This document shows positions 30,968 to 39,088 of a DNA stretch of 64,000 bases, in pieces. This stretch comes from Cyclobacterium amurskyense. Lineage in GTDB: Bacteria; Bacteroidota; Bacteroidia; Cytophagales; Cyclobacteriaceae. The notes below the pieces were generated by a model. That model saw nothing but the letters and a program-made list of their open reading frames with translations. It was not told the DNA's origin and did not search any database. The number at the start of each line of letters is the position of its first letter. The first letter of the stretch is position 1. Position numbers and translations under genes: made by a program. The stretch is from assembly GCF_001050135.1 (NCBI RefSeq), contig NZ_CP012040.1, positions 1,646,997 through 1,710,996 on the forward strand, given 5' to 3'.

Positions 30968-33034
30968 ATGACAGAGATTCCATCATTATTGGCAATAGGA
31001 ATAGCGTTAATCGTATTCCTAATTATAATTTTCTTTGCAATTATTGCATTGTTCTATAAAAAGGTTCGCCAAGGCGAGGCCTTAATCCGTACCGGTTTTG
31101 GCGGAATCCAAATCGCCACCGATAAGGGCATGTATGTGGTTCCTTTATTTCACAAGTTAGAAATCATGGATATTTCTGTAAAGAAAATCCAGATCGAAAG
31201 ACTAGGATCTGAAGGCTTGGTATGTAAAGACAATATGCGAGCGGACATTAAAGTAGCATTTTTTGTTCGTGTCAACAACGACATAGAATTTATCAAAAGA
31301 GTAGCACAGACAATTGGTGCGGAGCGGGCTTCAAAAATCGAAACCCTTGAAGACTTGTTCGAGGCCAAATTTTCCGAAGCCTTAAAAACCGTGGGAAAAA
31401 AGTTTGATTTCATTGAACTGTATGAAGCCAGACGGGAGTTTAGGGATGAGATCGTAGATATAATAGGGACAGATCTAAACGGATATACCCTTGAAGATTG
31501 TGCGATCGATTTTTTAGAGCAGACTCCGGTAAATTATTTAAGGGCTGACAATATTCTAGATGCAGAAGGAATAAAGAAAATTACTGAACTGACAGCAGAG
31601 CAAAACAAAAAAGCTAACTTCATTAAACGTGATGAGGAAAAAGTCATACGAAAGCAAGATGTGGAGGCACGAGAAGCCATCTTGGAATTAGACCGGCAAT
31701 TGGCAGAAAAGGAGGAATCCCAACGTAGAGAGATTGCCAACATTAAAGCCAGAGAACAAGCGGACATCCTAAAGGTGGCCGAAGAAGAGCGATTAAAATC
31801 TGAAACTGCTAGAATAGCCACTGAGGAGAAAGTAAAGGTGGCTGAAGAAAATATGCAACGTCAGATCATTGTTGCAGAAAAGAACAAGGAACGAACCAAC
31901 GCTGTAGAAACGGAGCGAGTTGAAAAAGACAGAATGCTTGAGGCAACCGAAAGAGAACGTATAGTAACTCTTGCTCAAATTGAAAAGGAAAAAGTTGTTG
32001 AAGTTGAAAAGAAAAATATCCAAGATGTTATCCGGGACCGAGTGGCGCTTGAAAAAGGTGTGGTTCAGGAACAGGAGAACATGAAGGATATTGAGGCCTT
32101 TAAAACAGCAGATAGGGATAAAAAGGTGAAAATCACAATTGCAGAAGGTGTTGCAGAGGAAGAGCTTATTAAAGTAATTAAGCAAGCGGAATCCAAAAAG
32201 GAGGCCATGAAGCAACATGCCGAGGAAATTAACATTGAGGCACAGGCGAAAAAAGAAGCAAGTGCCAAAGAGGCAGAAGGTAGAAAAATCCTGGCAGAAG
32301 CAACCGCGAAAGAAGAAGCGACCATTGGATTGTCAGAGGCACAGGTTATGCATGCCAAAGCAGAAGCAAATGAACGCCAAGGAATTGTAGAGGCATTAAT
32401 AATTGAGAAAAAAGCCTTGGCTGAGGCCAGAGGAATTGAGGCTAATGCAGAAGCAAAACGCAAAGACGGATTGGCAGAAGCAGACGTTATTAAAGAAAAA
32501 GCCCTAGCCGATGCAGCCGGAATTGAAGAGAAGGCCAACGCAATGAAGAAATTAGATGGTGTGGGCAAAGAGCACGAAGAGTTTAAGCTTAAGTTGGATA
32601 AAGAATTACAGGTTGATTTGGCAGAAATCAATATTCAAAAAGCAATTGCAGATGCGCAGGCACAAGTGATTGGAGATGCCTTAAAAACTTCCAAAATTGA
32701 CATCGTGGGAGGAGAAACAATGTTTTTTGAGCAAATTATTGGTCAAATCACTAAAGCAAAAGGCTTTGATAGAATGGTAAATAACAGCACAAACATCCAG
32801 GAAATTAAGCAAGCCTTACTTGGTGACGGCAGTGGTAATGAGGGAGAATTATTGTCACGGATAAAAGATTTTGCTGAAAGGTATAACATCTCAAGTGAGG
32901 ATATCAAAAACGTCACAATTGCCAATTTATTGATGACTATGCAAAATCAGGCTACAGATAAAAATGAACAAAACGTGATTGGCAACCTTCTGAGTTTAGC
33001 TAAAGGCCTAGGGATTTCAGGAAATAAATTGTAA
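30968..33034 (+). CDS. flotillin / SPFH (band-7) family protein, YqiK-like
   Basis: N-terminal TM, SPFH domain (VRQGEALIRTGFGG...), a long E/A/K-rich coiled-coil region, 688 aa. Confidence 0.8.
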   Translation: MTEIPSLLAIGIALIVFLIIIFFAIIALFYKKVRQGEALIRTGFGGIQIATDKGMYVVPLFHKLEIMDISVKKIQIERLGSEGLVCKDNMRADIKVAFFVRVNNDIEFIKRVAQTIGAERASKIETLEDLFEAKFSEALKTVGKKFDFIELYEARREFRDEIVDIIGTDLNGYTLEDCAIDFLEQTPVNYLRADNILDAEGIKKITELTAEQNKKANFIKRDEEKVIRKQDVEAREAILELDRQLAEKEESQRREIANIKAREQADILKVAEEERLKSETARIATEEKVKVAEENMQRQIIVAEKNKERTNAVETERVEKDRMLEATERERIVTLAQIEKEKVVEVEKKNIQDVIRDRVALEKGVVQEQENMKDIEAFKTADRDKKVKITIAEGVAEEELIKVIKQAESKKEAMKQHAEEINIEAQAKKEASAKEAEGRKILAEATAKEEATIGLSEAQVMHAKAEANERQGIVEALIIEKKALAEARGIEANAEAKRKDGLAEADVIKEKALADAAGIEEKANAMKKLDGVGKEHEEFKLKLDKELQVDLAEINIQKAIADAQAQVIGDALKTSKIDIVGGETMFFEQIIGQITKAKGFDRMVNNSTNIQEIKQALLGDGSGNEGELLSRIKDFAERYNISSEDIKNVTIANLLMTMQNQATDKNEQNVIGNLLSLAKGLGISGNKL

Positions 33035-33043
33035 AACTTATCG

Positions 33044-33093
33044 CGTTCAATGTCTTACTGCAAAAGCTTAATAAGTGCATTGAACGTATTTTT
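33044..33093 (+). terminator. hairpin terminator or attenuator between flotillin and the giant ATPase gene
   Basis: cgttcaatg...cattgaacg 9-bp stem with a long loop, followed by tattttt. Confidence 0.35.
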
Positions 33094-33198
33094 CTATTCC
33101 AAAAAGTTATTCTTAAAACAACACGCAAATGTTAGCATTGAGCAGCTCATGTGTAAATTATTCACGTAAGTTACGCACACCTATATAGCACAACTCCA

Positions 33199-36100
33199 AT
33201 GACTGAACCTAATAAAACGGAACAAAAGCAAATTTTAGATGGTGGCACATATGAAATCATTAGAAACAGGTTACAAAAGCATAAACAAGACCTTCAAAAT
33301 CGGTTAAACCAACTAAATGAGGATCGTAAAGCTGTTTTTGGTGCTTTAGAAACAAAACTAATCGCTAATGATAGAATTTCCACAGAAAATAATTGTATCG
33401 CACGTGATATCGTTTCTTTTGGGAATACTTGTGTGTTTGGCTATAATGTGCATTTTGGCTTACGTACAGATATAAAGCTCAATGACGTATTTAGCGTATA
33501 CAGTTTTACCAATAACAGGTTTGAAGCCATAGGGCTAGATTTTATAGAAGACGTTCAGTTTCAAGCAGATTTTGATAATCTATACAAATACTACCGAAAT
33601 ACCATCTTTGCGAGATTTGCCAAAATAGGCAATTTTCTATACATGATTTTTCAATTGAGTGAAAGTGTCACTGATATTAAGGCATTTAAATGGCTTATCA
33701 AAGATGGAAAACTGGTATATGTAGACAACAGAAGCGATCATGAATACAAGTTCCCTGCCCAATATGAGTTTAAATGGCTAGAAGTTACTCGTGATATGCA
33801 CCGGTATGGGGTGCATTCACATGTTTCAATATTGGATAAAGTATTTGTAGAGGCAATAGGAGGAGATCTTACCATAAAAATAGAGGACAATACAGAAGAT
33901 GGTAAAGGGGTCTATGATGAACCTGTAGATTACCCAGATCAAACGCTAGACGATGCACAGTACAAATATGCAGATTTAGGAAATCTTATTCTTATTGATA
34001 TAAAACCATTTCAAGAAGATTCCAGATTTTTTGTATACAATCACAAGGTACAGGAAGTGCAAAAAATTGACAGTTTACGAGAAGCTGCGGTACTTCTACC
34101 TGATGACCAAGGAATTATTTTTCCGACAGGTTATTATTTGCAAACCGGAGAATACCATGTTTTCGATAATAGCATCCCCAATGTAAAGTTTGTTTCGCGA
34201 ATTGCTTCTCCCAATGGTGAAGATTATATGTTCGTGTTCTATTCACCCTCGGAAGGTTTGTATATTCTAATGAGTTATAATGTGATCACTCAACAGATTG
34301 TCACGCCTATTATTTGTAATGGTTACACCATTTTACAAAATGGAGAACTTAGTTACTTTAAGGGTGAAGGAGAGCAAACCAAGCATCATGTGGTACAAAT
34401 TTGGCAAACTCCTTATTTAAAAGGTGATTTCATCCCAAGTAAACACACGGACTCGCTATTGTATAAAATCGGAAATAAAGACATTGTCAAAGCCATGGCT
34501 GAAAGCAATGCCTTGATCAATTTACTCAACAAAGATGATAATTATGAGGGCCTATATGAGGATGTTTCCAAGGCCGCAAAAGACCTATTGGACTCGTATT
34601 ATTGGATTAAGGAACCGGATACACAGGATCTTTCTGCACCTCTAAATGAAATTAGTGATGCAGCCAATGCTGCTATAGATGAATTTACAAAGGTTGTTCA
34701 ATTAAAAAAATCGGCTGCAAGCCAATCAAAGGCTTTGCAAAATAAAGCAGATGAACTTTTTGTTATAATAAAAAGCACCTCATTTAATAGCATCAATGAT
34801 TTTGTATCAATGTTAACCCAGCTTCGTGGCTTAAGGGGCGAAACCATTGAATTAAACGATGTTCGCTATGTAAATACCGACTACACCAAGGAACTTGAAA
34901 ATACGATTGCCGAGTATTCCGACAATATTGCTCAGCAATGTGTAGCATTTTTACTTAATGATGATGCATTGGCGCCTTATAAGTTGCAAGTTGAGGAAAA
35001 GAAAATGGCTTTGGAAAAAGTCACTAAAGTAATCGAAGCCAAGCAACTTGAGGAAGAGGTAAATCAAATTGCAAGGGATTTAGAGTTATTGATTGAAATT
35101 GTATCCAATTTAGAAATTGAAGACACATCCCAATCAACTAAAATAATCGATCATATTTCCTTGATTTTTGCCACGTTAAATCAGCTCAAAGCCGCAATAA
35201 AAAACAAACGCAAATCTCTGGGCAGCAAAGAAGCCATTGCTGATTTTTCTGCGCAAATAAAATTGGTGGACCAAAGCATTATCAACTATTTGGATATTGC
35301 CGATACCCCCGAAAAATGTGATGAATACCAAACCAAAGTATCTATTCAACTGGAAGAATTGGAAGGTAAATTTGCAGATTATGATGCGTTTATTCCCAAA
35401 ATAATTGAGAAACGGGAGGAAGTCCATGCGGCTTTTGACAATAAAAAAACGGGCTTAATTGAGCGACGAAATAAAAAATCAATTGCTTTAAAAACTGCAA
35501 CAGCACGCATTTTAAAAGGAGTTGCCAAAAAAGCAGAAACCTTAAAATCCACTGCAGAAATAAATGGTTATTTCGCATCCGACTTAATGATCAACAAGGT
35601 CCGTGACATCATCGATCAGCTAAATGAATTGGATGAAAGTGGGAATGCAGAAGAAGTAGCCACTTCTTTAAAGGTTGCCAAGGAAGATGCCTTACGTAAA
35701 TTAAAAGACAAGCAGGAGCTGTTTGAAGATGGCGAAAACGTTATTAAACTGGGCAAGTACAAATTTGGTGTAAATAAACAGCCCCTAGATATAACCATCG
35801 TTTTCAAAGACAATCACCTCAATTATCATCTAACAGGGACAGATTTCTATCAAAAACTGACCAACAAAGTACTGGTAAACAGCCAGAAATATTGGGATCA
35901 AGAATACCCTTCTGAAAACATCACAGTATATAGGGGGAGTTACCTAGCTTTTAAACTGTTTAAGGAAACACCCTGGGACCAATTGGCGGATGCCTCCCAG
36001 GAAAACTTGGTTCAATTGGTAAAAAAGGCAAGCAGTGCCAACTACAATGAAGGGTATACAAAAGGGGTACACGATGAGGATGCGGCAAAAATTTTACTAA

Positions 36101-38067
36101 CCCTAGTGAATACGCATAAAGACTTGGGTTTACTGCGTTACTCACCTGCCATAAGAGCCCATGCACAATACAGTTGGTATTCATTTACTGAAAAGGAACG
36201 CCTGCATCTTAATCGGATGATAAAAGCGGCTGGATCTGTTTTGGAAGTATTCCCTTATTCTAAAGAGTTTAATTACCTGATAGATGAATTGCAGCAAAAA
36301 ATCCATAGGCTTATTTCTGAAACTCAGCTATTTTCAAGTGCTGAAATTAATGTTATTTCAAATTATTTGTTTGAAGAATTGCAGGGTAATGATGCCTTTG
36401 AAGTAAGTTCAGAAGCAGAGAAATTAAGGCAAGCCTTTAATAATGTCATGAAAGCAAAAAATGCTGATTTACGTTTTAAAGAAGCCATTGACAATACCAG
36501 TACATTTCATGAGAAAATAAAACTCGCAAGGCAATGGGTTGCTGCATTCATCAATCAGGAGCATCCAAAGAATGCCCGTTATATTGATGAGATCGTTTGT
36601 AATTGCTTGTTTGATCAACCCATTGCAAAAAAGAAAATGATTTCGCCAAATGCTGTCATTCATAATTTAGCGGGAAACCACCATACCATTATTGAAGGAG
36701 AATTTCATTTTAATTATCATGATTTTGTGGCTACTTTAACTCATTTCACAAATGAGGAGGTAGCCGCTTACCAAGCCTTTAAAAAGGCAAAAACCGATAT
36801 TACCCTTCAGTTAAAAGAGCAGTTAAAATTGGAAGAGTATAAACCTCAGGTTCTGACTTCCTTTGTGCGTAACAAACTAATCGATCAGGTTTATTTGCCA
36901 TTATTTGGAGAGAACCTGTCCAAACAACTTGGTACCGTGGGGAACAATAGTCGGACAGATAGAATGGGGCTTTTGCTTTTGATTTCGCCTCCAGGCTACG
37001 GTAAAACCACTTTGATGGAATACATTGCCAACCGATTGGGCTTAGTGTTCATGAAAATTAACGGGCCAGCCATAGGCCATGAGGTTACCTCGGTAGACCC
37101 TGAAGCAGCCACAAATAGTGCAGCAAAAGAGGAGTTAAAAAAGCTGAATTTAGCCTTTGAAATGGGAAATAACGTAATGTTGTATTTAGACGATATTCAA
37201 CATTGCCATCCAGAGTTTTTACAAAAATTCATATCCCTTTCCGATGGCACCAGAAAAATTGAAGGAATATATAACGGAAAGCCACGTACCTATGACCTTC
37301 GAGGCAAAAAGTTCTGTGTAATAATGGCAGGAAACCCCTATACAGAGCGTGGGGCAAAATTCCAGGTTCCAGACATGCTATCCAACCGAGCCGATATTTA
37401 TAATCTTGGGGACATTATAGGCGATTCAGACCATCAGTTTAACCTTAGCTTAATAGAAAATTCTTTAACTAGCAATCCTGTATTGAATCAACTGAGGAAT
37501 AAATATCTTGAAGATGTTTATACCTTGTTAAATCGGGTTGAAAACGAAACACAGGACGGTGTACTTCATGGTAATCACACCAATCAAGAAATTCAGGATT
37601 ACTTAAGCGTAATCCAAAAGGTTTTAAAGATAAGAGACACTGTACTCAAAGTAAACCAAGCTTATATAGAAAGCGCTGCTAAGGATGATGCCTACAGGAC
37701 TGAACCCCCATTTAAACTACAAGGTTCTTATCGAGACATGAATAAACTGGTATCCAAAGTGGTTCCTATTATGAACAATAAGGAGTTACAAAATCTTTTG
37801 TTGTCGCATTACGAAAGTGAGGCACAAACGCTTACAAGTTCCGCCGAAGCCAACTTATTAAAATACAAAGAACTAACTGGCACAATTACACCAATAGAAC
37901 AAGCTAGATGGGGTGAAATAAAAACCACTTTTATTAAAAACAACAAGTTAAGAGGCTTAGGAAATCAAGATGAAATGGCACAGGTAGTGCTGCAAATGGT
38001 CAATTTCAGTGATAACCTGGAAGGCATAAAAGAAGTGCTAGAACGCGCCATTAAGGCGAAAGGGTAA
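33199..38067 (+). CDS. 1622-aa protein with single C-terminal MoxR/dynein-like AAA+ ATPase domain and large N-terminal region of unknown function
   Basis: Walker A LLLISPPGYGKTTLME, Walker B VMLYLDD, sensor-1 CVIMAGNP, arginine-finger/sensor region DMLSNRADIYN. The ~1200 N-terminal residues have no recognisable motif and several coiled-coil stretches. Confidence 0.65.
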   Translation: MTEPNKTEQKQILDGGTYEIIRNRLQKHKQDLQNRLNQLNEDRKAVFGALETKLIANDRISTENNCIARDIVSFGNTCVFGYNVHFGLRTDIKLNDVFSVYSFTNNRFEAIGLDFIEDVQFQADFDNLYKYYRNTIFARFAKIGNFLYMIFQLSESVTDIKAFKWLIKDGKLVYVDNRSDHEYKFPAQYEFKWLEVTRDMHRYGVHSHVSILDKVFVEAIGGDLTIKIEDNTEDGKGVYDEPVDYPDQTLDDAQYKYADLGNLILIDIKPFQEDSRFFVYNHKVQEVQKIDSLREAAVLLPDDQGIIFPTGYYLQTGEYHVFDNSIPNVKFVSRIASPNGEDYMFVFYSPSEGLYILMSYNVITQQIVTPIICNGYTILQNGELSYFKGEGEQTKHHVVQIWQTPYLKGDFIPSKHTDSLLYKIGNKDIVKAMAESNALINLLNKDDNYEGLYEDVSKAAKDLLDSYYWIKEPDTQDLSAPLNEISDAANAAIDEFTKVVQLKKSAASQSKALQNKADELFVIIKSTSFNSINDFVSMLTQLRGLRGETIELNDVRYVNTDYTKELENTIAEYSDNIAQQCVAFLLNDDALAPYKLQVEEKKMALEKVTKVIEAKQLEEEVNQIARDLELLIEIVSNLEIEDTSQSTKIIDHISLIFATLNQLKAAIKNKRKSLGSKEAIADFSAQIKLVDQSIINYLDIADTPEKCDEYQTKVSIQLEELEGKFADYDAFIPKIIEKREEVHAAFDNKKTGLIERRNKKSIALKTATARILKGVAKKAETLKSTAEINGYFASDLMINKVRDIIDQLNELDESGNAEEVATSLKVAKEDALRKLKDKQELFEDGENVIKLGKYKFGVNKQPLDITIVFKDNHLNYHLTGTDFYQKLTNKVLVNSQKYWDQEYPSENITVYRGSYLAFKLFKETPWDQLADASQENLVQLVKKASSANYNEGYTKGVHDEDAAKILLTLVNTHKDLGLLRYSPAIRAHAQYSWYSFTEKERLHLNRMIKAAGSVLEVFPYSKEFNYLIDELQQKIHRLISETQLFSSAEINVISNYLFEELQGNDAFEVSSEAEKLRQAFNNVMKAKNADLRFKEAIDNTSTFHEKIKLARQWVAAFINQEHPKNARYIDEIVCNCLFDQPIAKKKMISPNAVIHNLAGNHHTIIEGEFHFNYHDFVATLTHFTNEEVAAYQAFKKAKTDITLQLKEQLKLEEYKPQVLTSFVRNKLIDQVYLPLFGENLSKQLGTVGNNSRTDRMGLLLLISPPGYGKTTLMEYIANRLGLVFMKINGPAIGHEVTSVDPEAATNSAAKEELKKLNLAFEMGNNVMLYLDDIQHCHPEFLQKFISLSDGTRKIEGIYNGKPRTYDLRGKKFCVIMAGNPYTERGAKFQVPDMLSNRADIYNLGDIIGDSDHQFNLSLIENSLTSNPVLNQLRNKYLEDVYTLLNRVENETQDGVLHGNHTNQEIQDYLSVIQKVLKIRDTVLKVNQAYIESAAKDDAYRTEPPFKLQGSYRDMNKLVSKVVPIMNNKELQNLLLSHYESEAQTLTSSAEANLLKYKELTGTITPIEQARWGEIKTTFIKNNKLRGLGNQDEMAQVVLQMVNFSDNLEGIKEVLERAIKAKG

Positions 38068-38371
38068 ACTGAAATTACTACTTTGCTGAGGCTGAAAGAA
38101 CCTAAATACAACAAAAAACGGTAATTTTCTTCTAAAAGGTTTTTAACTGTTTTCACTCCACTCAGTTCAAACCAATAACTCACTTTTGACAAGGCACAAG
38201 GCATGTTAAAACTTTTCAGAAATGTGCAACAAACATAGATGATTCACAAGTCGAGGCTCCTACTGAGAAACTGAACCTTGATCAACCCCTTCCGAGGTTG
38301 AGGTAATGATGAATTATTCAACGGCTATGGGGTTTTCAACTATGGTTAATATAATTGAAGCCCAAACATAA

Positions 38372-38444
38372 AAAAGGCGGTAAATATCCCTAAGGGACAT
38401 TTACCGCCTTTTTTATTTTCAATTACTTGAAGAAGTAGTAAACT
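38372..38444. repeat. right copy of the direct repeat
   Basis: ggcggtaaat..atttaccgcc hairpin with compensatory stem changes relative to the left copy, then an identical 47-nt tail. Abuts the lspA stop. Confidence 0.8.
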
Positions 38445-39085
38445 TACTTCTCGTCAATAAACTGTTTTTGAACCTGGTCCTCTTCTTCTTTTTCTTCATG
38501 CTCCTCATTTTCTTCATCAAAGAAACGTTTCTGGAAAATAAGAATGATGCCTACTCCTACAAAAATGGAAGCATCTGCTATATTGAAAATTGGCCATAAG
38601 GCAGTATAGCCTCCACCAAAGATTGGAATCCATTCCGGAACAAAACCTTCCCAAATATCAACATAAAACATGTCAACAACTTGTCCATGAAACCATGGCG
38701 TAGAAGCATCAAAAGGTGCATTACCTAACCAAACACCGTAAAATACACTGTCGATAAGGTTTCCTACAGCCCCTCCTAAGATCATGGCAATACAAATTAT
38801 GTATCCCGGATGTGCCTTTTTACTTATCAAAGAATATAAATAATAGCCTATTCCGAACATGGCTATCAAGCGAAAGCTGGTCAACATAAGTTTACCATAT
38901 TCTGAGCCTAGTTGCATCCCAAATGCCATTCCGGGGTTGGTGGTGTAATGCAGCTTGAACCAATCTCCAAAAACTTTGATCTGCCCTGCTGTGCCAAAAT
39001 CCATTCCGTAATGAACCATCATCTTCACCGCCTGATCAATCACAATCACCAGTAAGGTGATGCCAAAATACTTCCAATACTTCAT
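38444..39085 (-). CDS. lspA: lipoprotein signal peptidase II
   Basis: Four TM helices, conserved Asp-containing boxes (NLIDSVFYG, FNIADASI). Classic position downstream of ileS. Unusual acidic C-terminal tail. Confidence 0.8.
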   Translation of the reverse strand: MKYWKYFGITLLVIVIDQAVKMMVHYGMDFGTAGQIKVFGDWFKLHYTTNPGMAFGMQLGSEYGKLMLTSFRLIAMFGIGYYLYSLISKKAHPGYIICIAMILGGAVGNLIDSVFYGVWLGNAPFDASTPWFHGQVVDMFYVDIWEGFVPEWIPIFGGGYTALWPIFNIADASIFVGVGIILIFQKRFFDEENEEHEEKEEEDQVQKQFIDEK

Positions 39086-39088
39086 ATG

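Noticed and set aside
28012-38444. Interpretation of the flanking repeats as attL/attR of an integrase-borne element or prophage
   Set aside because: No integrase, recombinase, excisionase or phage structural gene lies within or beside the repeats. I describe them as direct repeats only, with mobilisation as a hypothesis.
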